From NCBI GenBank assembly GCA_001460835.1, contig CYKH01002117.1:729-60387 (forward strand): DNA of 59,659 nt, read 5' to 3'. The position numbers and the translations under genes are program-made. This document shows positions 10,144 through 20,600 of the stretch, piece after piece. The notes under the pieces were generated by a model. That model did not search any database. It was not told the DNA's origin and saw nothing but the letters and a program-made list of their open reading frames with translations. The stretch comes from Bodo saltans (Eukaryota). Within the stretch, counting starts at the first letter, position 1, and the number at the start of each line of letters is the position of its first letter.

Positions 10144-11943
10144 ATGGTGACACGATTTCGCCTCGCTGTGCTCCTCATAGCTTCGCTGTTGATGACTGCA
10201 GCGGCGTATTCCCTTCGTCAACTTCGCATCCTAGATCGAGAAGATGAAGGACAAATTCCTTGGTCTGCTTCAAACCAAGTTGTGCTTACCGCTGAGGTTG
10301 GAGGTCAAGTGCCGCCGGAAGTGAATAAAGAACGCACAAATTCGCTTTTTGTTAGTGGATCGAGTCCTCACAGCATTCGTCGTCCATCATCACGAAGGGG
10401 GCGCACCTTCTTAGGAAATGAATTGCAAACACCACCGTTTTCGTACCTTTCGGATAGCACTCTGAGTGCCGAGGAGCTATGGAAGCGACAACGGATGTGC
10501 GCACGACCTGATAGTCTGTTCTCATTGCAGAGAGGGAAGGGACCCAAGCGAGCGGTGAACCTTGTCACCCCACATGACTGCGTCACTGGAATTCGAGGCG
10601 CCACAATCGATGCCAAGGAAGGGGTGACGCTTCACATTCATAGAGATATGCCGTTTGGAGATCACATGTCTTCGGTTCGCTTCTGCTCTATTGCAGCAAC
10701 GTCTGCTAGCCAGCTTCCTCTTCTTCTTCGTGACGCACCAAAGGTTGCCACGTCAGACCATAACATGCACGCTGCGGATGTACCAAACACATGTGGCGGC
10801 GAGGCTGTTTCGATTACGATTCTAGAACGTCCGCAGCATGCAATGCAGTTCTTGTTTTCCCTCTTCGGTGCCGTTGCGATGCAGTCAAGTTTTGGGTTTG
10901 ACCCAAACACAGACGTGGCTGTGATATCAATCGTCTCGTATGGGCAGTTCGCCACATGGGAAGACCTTTGGCGGTGGGACAAATACCCACACATGGAGTT
11001 GCTGCAGCTCCTCAGCAAACGTGGCGTGGCTGTCGTTGGGCAGCGCCACGCACTTAAAGATCTCGAGGTTGTCACTGGTAGTGGCACTGGAGATGCGCTT
11101 CTTCGAGGAACACCCTCATCACGGTCCGTTGTTCACCTAACGGGTCCATGGATCAAGTGGAACGTATCTGGTCAAGGCCCACCACCATTGCCATGCTCTG
11201 CTAAGACGGCACTGTTCGGTGGTTTACCCGCTCGAATGTTGCATTACAAGAAGCGTGAGGCGCACCGCCACGCGATCCATCCGTGGCACTTCACGATGTT
11301 CCGATGGCGTGCATTAGAGCACTTTGGGATCGCCGAGGTCCTCGATCCGCGTGAGCGCTACGCGATTGTGGTGGCGCGTTTGAAGCAGAAGCGTCGACTG
11401 ATCCTGAACCACGACACGCTTGTGAAAACGGTGGCGTCTGTTGGTGTGGGCTACCGGCCGGTTGTTGTGGACTGGGAGGGCATGAAGCTTGAGGACCAGT
11501 TGCGGCTTGCGCTGAATGCGAATGCGATCATTGGCGTGCATGGCAACGGTCACGTGTGGGACTGCTTGATGCCCAGCGGCGGATTGATGATCGAGTTCTC
11601 AAGCGACATCGGCACGCGGAACGAAGTGGGTTCAGGGTACAATCGGCGGAACGTTGGCAACCTTGCTGGGCTGTGCCCGATCGAGAGCTACTCTTTCCGC
11701 GTAAGAGGAATTGAAAATGCCCACAGCAAAGGCGCGCCTTCTTCCCACGTTTGGAAAGAGGTTGACTTGGAAGTATCTGAGCAGCAACTGCAGAAGTTGG
11801 CAGAGATTCTACTGGAGCACCAGGAATCGCATGTTTATGATCGAAGTGAGAAGGAGGGATTTACAACTCATGTGACGCCACCCGTGGACGCGGGAAACGG
11901 ACTCCGAGAGTTGAAGCAACGACCCCCCAGAAGGCGAAGCTGA
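10144..11943 (+). CDS. GT61/DUF563-like glycosyltransferase, paralog A (type II membrane topology)
   Basis: N-terminal signal-anchor MVTRFRLAVLLIASLLMTAAAYSL. The C-terminal half carries the GT61-type motif NANAIIGVHGNGHVWDCLMPSGGLMIEFS, as in the xylosyltransferase and EOGT family. ATG start. Confidence 0.7.
   Translation: MVTRFRLAVLLIASLLMTAAAYSLRQLRILDREDEGQIPWSASNQVVLTAEVGGQVPPEVNKERTNSLFVSGSSPHSIRRPSSRRGRTFLGNELQTPPFSYLSDSTLSAEELWKRQRMCARPDSLFSLQRGKGPKRAVNLVTPHDCVTGIRGATIDAKEGVTLHIHRDMPFGDHMSSVRFCSIAATSASQLPLLLRDAPKVATSDHNMHAADVPNTCGGEAVSITILERPQHAMQFLFSLFGAVAMQSSFGFDPNTDVAVISIVSYGQFATWEDLWRWDKYPHMELLQLLSKRGVAVVGQRHALKDLEVVTGSGTGDALLRGTPSSRSVVHLTGPWIKWNVSGQGPPPLPCSAKTALFGGLPARMLHYKKREAHRHAIHPWHFTMFRWRALEHFGIAEVLDPRERYAIVVARLKQKRRLILNHDTLVKTVASVGVGYRPVVVDWEGMKLEDQLRLALNANAIIGVHGNGHVWDCLMPSGGLMIEFSSDIGTRNEVGSGYNRRNVGNLAGLCPIESYSFRVRGIENAHSKGAPSSHVWKEVDLEVSEQQLQKLAEILLEHQESHVYDRSEKEGFTTHVTPPVDAGNGLRELKQRPPRRRS
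10786..11700 (+). repeat. Copy 1 of a ~920 bp near-identical segment shared by the two GT61 paralogs
   Basis: Long stretches are identical or nearly so to 12811-13737 (for example aacacatg[t/c]ggcggcgaggctgt[t/c]tcgattacgattctaga[a/g]cgtccgcagcatgc[a/g]atgcagttcttgttttccctcttcggtgccgttgcgatgcag...). One divergent island at about 11060-11120. Confidence 0.8.
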
Positions 11944-12108
11944 GGAAGCAGCGTCTGAAATTACATTTGATTTGTTGCGAAATACATTTTCCTAGCGGAG
12001 CTTGCGATTTTTCCCTTGCCCAATGGCCACACCTTCTTGCGCTGCGTCGTTTTCCTTTAGCATGTGAATGCACACCAAATCTCCCACATATCAAGCGATA
12101 AATTGAGC

Positions 12109-13878
12109 ATGACGAGTAACGATGAGGTGCAAACGTCATCCGCCCCACCGCGGCGTCACATCTCGCGAGCAGCTGCGATACTCATCCTCACATGCCTTTG
12201 CGCTTTAGGGTGGTGGCAGTCTCGAGGGGTTGGTCTTGCAGCGACCGAATCGTATGTCTTCACCCAAAGTGGTACACCAAGTCATTCCAATCATTCTCTT
12301 GAGGGAGAGCCCACAGTACCACCACCGTACCAAACGGAAGTTGCATTGCCACATACAGTACCGTCAAGCATGCGGTTGACTGAGAACGCTTTAAGAGCTT
12401 CTGACGTTCACGAGGAACCGGTGTTTCACACTAAGGTTACACTGGATGATGATGGAAGGGTGGCGCCAGAGCGACTCATCCGACGCATTGCTCATGAGCA
12501 AACGACATCTGCGTTTGCTCGCCAGCTCGCCACTGAGTTCCAAACATCAGCGCGGCCCCACGATATCTTCTGCGCGTCACAACAAAATAGCCGTCCCACA
12601 TCACTTAGAACAAACGCATCATCTTGCACGAAAACTACTTGGGTGAAGCTGCGCGACTGTGTGACGGTGCTAGACGGAGTTCGCGTTGACCCAGTGAACG
12701 TGGTCGAGTTGTCGCGCCCACAGCCGTTGTGGATGCCTCTATGCTCTGTTGTATCGCGGCTCCCAATCGACTTACGTTTTGCCGAGGCAGACTCGAGCCA
12801 CAAAGTGTCTAACACATGCGGCGGCGAGGCTGTCTCGATTACGATTCTAGAGCGTCCGCAGCATGCGATGCAGTTCTTGTTTTCCCTCTTCGGTGCCGTT
12901 GCGATGCAGTCAAGTTTTGGGTTTGACCCAAACACAGACGTGGCCGTGGTGTCAATTATTTCTTATGGAGAGTTCGCCACATGGGAAGATCTCTGGCGGT
13001 GGGACAAATACCCGCACATGGAGTTGCTGCAGCTCCTCAGCAAACGTGGCGTGGCTGTCGTTGGGCAGCGCCATGCAATCAAAGATCTTGACGTCATTTC
13101 ACCAACATCACGCTCTCCACATCATGCATCGTCTTTCATGCGTGGGAGAGCATCATCACGTTCCGTCGTTCACTTGACGGGTCCGTGGATCAAGTGGAAC
13201 GTCTCTGGTCAAGGCCCACCAGCGTTGCCATGCGCTGCGAAGACGGCACTGTTCGGTGGTTTGCCACCACGCGTGATGCATTACAAGAAGCGCGAGACGC
13301 ACCGCCACGCGATCCATCCGTGGCATTTCACGATGTTCCGATGGCGTGCATTAGAGCACTTTGGGATCGCCGAGGTCCTCGATCCGCGTGAGCGCTACGC
13401 GATTGTGGTGACGCGTTTGAAGCAGAAGCGTCGACTGATCCTGAACCACGACACGCTTGTGAAAACGGTGGCGTCTGTTGGTGTGGGCTACCGGCCGGTG
13501 GTTGTGGACTGGGAGGGCATGAAGCTTGAGGACCAGTTGCGGCTTGCGCTGAATGCGAATGCGATCATTGGCGTGCACGGCAACGGCCACGTCTGGGACT
13601 GCTTGATGCCCAGCGGAGGATTGATGATCGAATTCTCAAGCGACGTTCAGAAAAAGAACGAGGTTGCCGCCGGGCACAACCGGCGAAACGTTGGCAACCT
13701 TGCTGGGCTGTGCCCGATCGAGAGCTACTCTTTCCGCAGTAAGTCTGTGCAGAACGCATTTAGTCTTGAAGCTGCTCGCAAGAACATCTGGAAAGAGGTG
13801 GACATCGAATTGTCTCACGAAGACTTAGACGCCGTCAAGAAAGCATTGACTCAACATCAAGCAACGCTGATTCGTTGA
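12109..13878 (+). CDS. GT61/DUF563-like glycosyltransferase, paralog B (tandem duplicate of 10144-11943)
   Basis: The track ORF begins at GTG 12064; the first ATG is 12109 (MTSNDEV...). TM segment AAAILILTCLCALGWW. The C-terminal ~310 aa are nearly identical to paralog A, including GVHGNGHVWDCLMPSGGLMIEFSSD. The N-terminal ~230 aa are unrelated to paralog A. Confidence 0.7.
   Translation: MTSNDEVQTSSAPPRRHISRAAAILILTCLCALGWWQSRGVGLAATESYVFTQSGTPSHSNHSLEGEPTVPPPYQTEVALPHTVPSSMRLTENALRASDVHEEPVFHTKVTLDDDGRVAPERLIRRIAHEQTTSAFARQLATEFQTSARPHDIFCASQQNSRPTSLRTNASSCTKTTWVKLRDCVTVLDGVRVDPVNVVELSRPQPLWMPLCSVVSRLPIDLRFAEADSSHKVSNTCGGEAVSITILERPQHAMQFLFSLFGAVAMQSSFGFDPNTDVAVVSIISYGEFATWEDLWRWDKYPHMELLQLLSKRGVAVVGQRHAIKDLDVISPTSRSPHHASSFMRGRASSRSVVHLTGPWIKWNVSGQGPPALPCAAKTALFGGLPPRVMHYKKRETHRHAIHPWHFTMFRWRALEHFGIAEVLDPRERYAIVVTRLKQKRRLILNHDTLVKTVASVGVGYRPVVVDWEGMKLEDQLRLALNANAIIGVHGNGHVWDCLMPSGGLMIEFSSDVQKKNEVAAGHNRRNVGNLAGLCPIESYSFRSKSVQNAFSLEAARKNIWKEVDIELSHEDLDAVKKALTQHQATLIR
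12811..13737 (+). repeat. Copy 2 of the ~920 bp near-identical GT61 core segment
   Basis: See the repeat at 10786-11700. The minus-strand ORFs 11314-11553 and 13351-13590 translate identically, which reflects the duplication. Confidence 0.8.
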
Positions 13879-14011
13879 CATGATCGAGGTTACTTTTATG
13901 ATTTACCAAGTTGCCAAAAATAAGTGATATCTGTTGTTTTGGGTTCTCAAACGCATTCTTTTCATTGCTCGCAACCATTTGCTCAAACAACAATAGTGTG
14001 AAGAATTAAAT

Positions 14012-14386
14012 ATGCTTCGCCGCACATCAGTCGCGCTCTTCAAGCCCACCCAGGTCAACAGAGCTGGTGGTGGCCTCTTCCACTTTTTGAAGGCGGATGA
14101 GGTGCCCTCTGCCAACCTCTGCAAGGGCCTGTTCTCCGAGCTGAACGGCTCCTTCGCAATTCTGCGCCTCATCGACATCAAGTGGATGATGAACCGCGCC
14201 GTGGCCATGCACCGCGAGTACTACATCGCATCCCCCCTTATGTACTACTGCATCTGGCAGTTCCTTTGGGGTCTTCCCCAGAGATTCATTTGGTCCGATG
14301 GCAAGCCCCCGCGTGCCGTCGACTGGAACACCAACAAGTCTGGCCACCTTCCCGAAGGTTTCGTGCAGACTGTCGTGAAGCAGTGA
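14012..14386 (+). CDS. Small (124 aa) hypothetical protein with a mitochondrial-presequence-like N-terminus and strongly biased (G/C-ending) codon usage
   Basis: MLRRTSVALFKPTQVNRAGGG then conserved-looking core IDIKWMMNRAVAMHREYYIASPLMYYCIWQFLWGLPQRFIWSDGKPPRAVDWNTNKSGHLPEGF. Nearly every codon ends in C or G (ctc, ttc, aag, aac, ggc, ctg), unlike the neighbours. That bias suggests a highly expressed gene, perhaps a respiratory-chain or ATP-synthase accessory subunit. Confidence 0.55.
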   Translation: MLRRTSVALFKPTQVNRAGGGLFHFLKADEVPSANLCKGLFSELNGSFAILRLIDIKWMMNRAVAMHREYYIASPLMYYCIWQFLWGLPQRFIWSDGKPPRAVDWNTNKSGHLPEGFVQTVVKQ

Positions 14387-14663
14387 GTTAGCGTTTAGGA
14401 AACAGCTCCTCCCATCTGTTACTTTCGATAGTTTTGATTATATGGTTCCCTCGTGGTTCATTTAATTTTGGTTATGGGGTCAAAACGCGATATTGATGTT
14501 TTGTGAACGAGCACTAATTATCATACGTCGCACAAAGGAGTTTGTTACTTTGGATTGATGTTTTTCTTCGGTGATAAAAAAGTGAAATATTCAGGGTAAC
14601 AATCATTAACGACACTCAAAGAAAAGAAAAACGACAACAACAAGGGATCTGTTCTATTGAGAA

Positions 14664-17600
14664 ATGTTTGGTAACGCTTCGCAACTTATCAGCGCCAAGG
14701 AAGAATTGATCCGACTGCTAAGCGGAGCGCTCATCAAAGAACCCTCATTTGACTCAAAAGATCAACATTCTTGGGCCACACATGATGACGCGGACTCCGA
14801 TGCGTCTACTGTGGTCAGTGACCTGGTTGAGATCAAAGAAGCTCCCACTGCCGGTATGATGCGCCTTGGTGCGTTGGTCAGTGAGGGAGACGGTGAGTTT
14901 CTGCTCAAGCTCGCTGTGTATCTACGCCAAGATTTGGGGATTCGTGGAAGCGCGAATTTTCTCACCTCCATCGCCGCATATCAGCCCAACTGTCAGCCCT
15001 ACCTTTCTACCTACCTTCCTCGCATTATTGGGCTTCCGACCGATTGGCTTCAGATTGCAAGTTTTGCGAGAGATTCACCACTTCGCACCCAGTGCGGCCT
15101 CCCGACCTCACTCCGCAATGCGCTCACTAGCTCGTTCAAGAACTTCAACGAGTTCTCACTTGCCAAATACAACACTGAGTCCGCACAGAAGAAGCGAAAA
15201 AAGGACCGCATCGCCAAAGGTGAAGACCCAGACGACATCATCATGCCCTACACACTGAAGCAGATGGTCCGGCTGCTGCACATATCAGAACCTCGCTACG
15301 AAGTGATGTGCCTTCTGGGAAAGAACTATCCAGCTAGCCCACAGGAGTTTAGTGCCTTGGGTCTAGAAACCCCTCAACGAGTGTTTGATCCCACTCGAAT
15401 CAATCGACGCATGCGACTGGCAGTGCCCACCACATGGGAGACGGAGCTCGCTGCAAAGGGTAACCACGCGCATGTTTGGGACGGCCTTGTGAAGGAGCGC
15501 AAGTTGCCATTTATGGCCATGCTTCGCAATTTGCGGAACGTGATTTTGGCTGGGTGCGCCCGTTCCACCCACGACGACCTTATCGGCAAACTTCGCAGCG
15601 AAGATCAGATCGCCAACTCGAAGCAGTTCCCCTACCGTTTCTTCAGCGCCTTTGATGTCCTATCGATTGACCCCGCAACAGCTTACGACGCTCCTCAAGT
15701 CAAAAGAGAGGGTGCTCCAACGAAGGCAAAGCCGAAGCCCGCGACTGCTCCCACGACGGAAGAACTCACTGTTCTGCTTCAGGAGTATCGTGATGCCCTT
15801 CAGGAATCCGTACGCCTCGCCACAAAACTCAACATCCGACCTATTCATGGAAAGTCTGTGGTACTACTTCAAGGTAGTCTGGAGATGCTTGATCAAGTTC
15901 GCGCTCAAGGTGCCAAGGGTATCGGCTCAGTGCGATCGAAGCTTGATGTTGCAATGCTGCTTGCCATCATGCTTCAGTACGCTTGTGAGTCGTGCGATTT
16001 TGTGTTATTTATCGAAGGCCCTCGAGGCGAACCAAGTTACCACCTGTTACCGCCACTGGATCGGAACCTAGGCATGCTGGAGGCACTCACGGCCACGAAG
16101 GAACGTGTGGAAGCGCTCATTCACGCCGTGGAAGACGACTTTGAGCACAAGTATCTCAACTTCCCGTTCTCGTACCTTGATAAGGTCATCCACTCCCAGG
16201 AAAGGATTGAGTCGGTGCTCCTCGTGTCCAACGGCCACGTTTCGTACGAGCACGACAACTTGTACCCAGCGCTGGGGTCCCTTAAGGACTACCTTCAACG
16301 ATTGCGCGTCGCTAGCAACCCTGATTTGCTGTTTGTCAGCCTATCGATTGACGGGAATGCTGACATGGGAATTGATCGAGTCTTCAACCAACCCAACGAC
16401 GTCCTTCTCACGGGCTTTAGTGACAGCATTCTCCGTTTTATTGCAGAGCGCAGTGGCGGAGGTCCGCGGCAGTACATTGAACACATTCACGAGGTGTACA
16501 ACATTGACACGAGCCAAGTCACAGGACGTGCTCCACCACCTACGCGCGCTGTGGGTGGGAAGGAGAGGAGGCTCGAGGAGCCCACGGACTCGACTTCAAG
16601 CGATGACTCAGACTCAGATTCTTGCTCTGATGACGACGATGTCAGTGAGCCAAGAACGACTGCCAAGACAGTTGTTGCGATTATTCCACCTCCGCAACGG
16701 CATGCTGTTGCGTCATACCGCGTGCTACGGTGCTTTATCTCGTCAACATTCACCGACATGCATTGCGAGAGGCAGGCACTTATGTCTGATGTTTTCCCTG
16801 CGCTGCGATCTTGGATTTCAAAAAATGGCTGGAAGATCCATGTGACACCTATTGACTTTCGATGGGGTATTTTAGCAGAAGCGGGCAGTGGACCGCTTCC
16901 GACTGCCGCGTCGATGTGCCTGGCTGAGGTATCTCGATGCAGCCCGTTTATCCTTGGCATTCTCGGTAACCGCTACGGCAGCGTAAACACTCTCAAGCGT
17001 CAGAGCCTTATTCCCAACGATAGTGATATTGACGCAGAAGACTTTGATTGGCTTGCTCAATTCCCTGGGGAAGGTATCGGGCTGTCAGTCACAGAGCTGG
17101 AGCTCCGCCACGCCCTTCAGTGCACCAAGAGGCTTAAGAGCGCGAACAGCAGCCCAAAAGTTGTTGTGTTAAAGCGCACCATTAAAGGAGCGCTTCCACC
17201 CAAGTTAGTCTCGTCTTTTGCCGACACTTCCAAAGATGCTCAAGAGCGCTCACGTAAGCTGTTAGAGTACCTTCAAGCGGATACCATTGGTGCCTCTGTG
17301 ACGTCGTACTGTGCTGCAGTGAGCACACAACCCAACGCGACAGAGGAGGACGTTCTGGACATGGAGTCTTTTGCTCGGGTAGCAATCGCCCAACTGAAGG
17401 AGCAGGTGCTGTCAGCGTGGCCCAGTTTAGCACAACGCGATGCAGACAGTGACCTTGAAGAGGACGATGCTGCAATTGTTCGCGACGATGACAAGGAAAT
17501 TGTCATCCTCAAGCGCCGCGATTCCGATACAGCATCCAGCAGCACAGATGACGAAGATGGCACATCGTCCGCATTCAGCTGCCCCTCCACAGTTGCGGGT

Positions 17601-20600
17601 GACATGCTGCAGTCAACAACCGCCATCGACGGTGCGGAGGACCAAACATTTTTTAGTCTTACGTTGGAGGCCCCATACGTTCCCCAAAAAGAGGCCGTAC
17701 GTGCCGCGCAGAGGTTTTTGCAGCGTGAGGCTGTGGGAGCATCTGCCGTCGTCGAAGACGACGATGTCAGTGCGATTGGTCACGGACCAGCAGGAGCACC
17801 CGTGCTCCTGGTGCACGCGGAGGAGGGCGCAGGAAAGTCCTCCTTCCTAGCTCACATTGTTGGTGAAGTGAAGGCACGAAACGCCAAGGGTTCGAAGTCT
17901 CCCGTAGCAACCGTCGCGTTCTCGTTCCAAGCGGCCGCATCGAGCCCAATTGACTGTCTCCGTTTTATCGCGGCGTCCATCATCGTGCAGTTTGATCTTT
18001 CAGACACTTTCACAGTTCCAAACAATGGGGATGGTGACAAGGATGCGCTCTCTAAGTTACTCCCTGAGTTGTATTCGGCGTGTGAGAAGAAACTCCGCAC
18101 GATCAAGGGAATGTTGCTGATTACGATTGATGGCATAGACACAATTCCCTCGGAGATCGCCCTCGGCTCTTTGTCATTAATGGTATTACCCAACGCTCCA
18201 CCGAGCCTGCTGTTCATTCTATCAACGTACGCAAGCTCCCCAGTTACCATCGCGCTCAAAGGTCGCCCTCAACCAACTGCGTTCATCAAACTCCCGTTGC
18301 TTTCCCTGAATGAAAGAGTCCAAGTTGTGCAGCGCCACCTAGGAACTCTGAGCAAGACGCTGCAAGATTCTGTCACGAAGGGAAGCATGGTTCGTGTTCT
18401 GTGCAGGAAAACGGATGCGGGCTTATCGTCATACTTGATGCTTTCTTTGACATACCTTGCACTGTTCTCGAAGTTTGACACCCTAAAGCAGGACATCCGC
18501 AGACTTCCCGGAACCCTCGTACAGCTACAAACCGACGTTCTACGGCGATGCGAAGGTTTATTCACCGCCGATGCAACGACATCGTTGTTCACGACGTTAG
18601 CGTTGTCTCAATCGATTGGCGGTGTGACGGAAGAGGTACTACTCACGACGTCTGCCAACGGCTCAGAAGCATCACACGTCGCGCGCTTGCTGGCATTCCT
18701 CAAGTACCACTCTATGCTATCAACAGGAGGAAACAACCTTCTCAGCTTCACCAGCGATACGCTAGTGAAAGCCGCACGCAAGCGGTACTTGGCAAAGACG
18801 GCTGAAGTCCACAGGCACCACACACGTTTGCTGTCCCAGCTGTTGAAGGGACGCAAGCCGCAGCCATCCACCAGTGGAGGCTTCCCAGCAACATCATCCA
18901 AGAATGTCCAAGGTGATGCTGCGGCGGATTTCGGAGTTGACCCAGAGATTCTACGACGACTCCCAGTACATTCCACACTCGCCGTGCTGCACCACAGCCT
19001 TGAGTGCAAACGATGGGGTGTTGTCTCACAAATTGGTAGCAGTATTGACTGTATCGTCACGATGGTGGAGGCAGGACTCCTTCCTCAACTGTTGGTGTCT
19101 ATCGAGCGCCTCCAGGTGCTTCATCGCCCTACCCACCGAAAGCTTCAAGTTTTCAGTGAGTTCTTGCTCGCCCATCGTCACATTCTTGCTCGCCGCCCCT
19201 CACTAGCCGCCCAACTCGCCCTCAACATGCCTACCTCGTCACCTGTCTACAAGGCAGCCAAGGGTAGCCGCTTAGACGATGACCGCACGTGGGTAGAGTG
19301 GCACAATCGCCACGTGCACGGCGAGCGTGAGTGCACCATGACGTCACAGTGGACCACCCAAAAGGTTCTATGCGCGGCATTCTCTGCGGATGGCACTCGG
19401 TTGGCCATTGGAGGAGCAGACTGGGTGTGCCGCGTAGGTCTCATTCTCGAAGGGACCATCCAACATGAGCTGAAGCACACGAGCGATATCACTGCAGTTG
19501 CCTTTGCGGGTACGACGGACATGACGTTGGTCACTGGTGCAAACGATGGAATGATCCGAGTGTGGAGCCTACACGACGGCGCAATGCTGCAAGAGGGAAA
19601 GCAGCACGGCCGACGTGTCAATGACGTTGCCATGTTCGGAAAGGAGCTCAACATGTGCCTAAGTGCGTCTGACGACACCACATTATGTTTATGGCGACTG
19701 CATGTGGGGGGAGCAGCTGGTGGTGCTGCGGCTCGGCCACGACCACTGAAGACCTTCCGGCACCATAAAGCTCCGGTGTCGTGTTGCGCGGTACACCAAT
19801 CTGGGCAGCGCATGGCAACGGGAAGCTGGGACGGTGGTGTTGCGGTGACGAAAACCAACGCCGACAAGGACAACGACGGTCCTCAATGGTTACGCCTCAG
19901 CTGCGCCATCCGCTGTGTTGCCTTTGTTCCCTCCATGGTCGTTACCGTCGCAGTTGGTACATTCACAGGCGCTGTCCACCTGTACGACGCTGCGGGCGAA
20001 GTTCTCTCCGCGTCCTTCCACAACCACAGTCATCCAATCAGTGCACTTCACATCTCTCACGATGCAAAGTACATGCTGTCCACCGATGCCTCCGGTCGCA
20101 TCAAATTATGGCGCCAAAGCGTCACAGGAGAAATTGTAGGGTCGCTCAACGGTCACGACACCAATGTTCCTGCAGCGAGGTTCCACCCCAAAGACTCCAA
20201 CCAGTGCATCACTGGGTCGCTAGACAGCACTGTGCGCCATTGGACGTTCAAGGAGCAGGGCATTGAGTACCCTGTCGGCGGTGTGCACGACTCTGCAGTC
20301 ACCGCCATGGCTGCCGCTAGTAACGGGGCCTATGTTGTGACTGCGTGCCGCGGGGGCGTGGCGCACGTGTTTGCGTCGGACCAGCTCGCAGCATCTGCGC
20401 CGTGGTTCTCCATTGCGCCGCACCGCCATTTCGAGAGCACATCCGACGATGAGGAGCTGGTACGACCAACACCCCTATGCTACGTCACAACCTGCAAAGA
20501 TGACACACTTATCGTTCTGGGAGATGTCTTTGGCACCCTCTCTGCGTGGGGCAGTACTCCAGGGTTATCTGGAAAAGATGCCCCGCTTCGCTTCCTTATT

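Noticed and set aside
12064-12108. ORF-track start coordinates that are GTG or TTG codons (2284, 3347, 4373, 9271, 12064, 27062, 30736, 37518, 38964, 40697, 43287, 45855, 46383)
   Set aside because: Eukaryotic nuclear genes start at ATG. I moved each start to the first plausible in-frame ATG (2296, 3479, 4457, 9337, 12109, 27074, 30742, 37599, 39045, 40727, 43293, 45918, 46446). The skipped codons are mostly A/T- or pyrimidine-rich and UTR-like.
16105-16845. 246-aa + strand ORF in an alternative frame inside the TEP1-like gene; also 30402-30995 overlapping the start of the 30742 gene, and 1716-2003 overlapping 1694-2146
   Set aside because: These are overlapping alternative-frame ORFs with low-complexity Ser/Thr/Arg-rich translations typical of out-of-frame reading of GC-rich coding DNA. 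They lack an upstream pyrimidine-tract and ATG context.
19247-19873. Long minus-strand ORFs (for example 19247-19873 at 208 aa, 29402-30007 at 201 aa, 9365-9952 at 195 aa, 42106-42657 at 183 aa, 6292-6768, 50811-51296, 53863-54408)
   Set aside because: Each lies antisense within or across a well-supported + strand CDS. None has a recognisable motif, and all have composition typical of GC-rich antisense frames. Every credible gene in the window is on the + strand, consistent with a single transcription direction.
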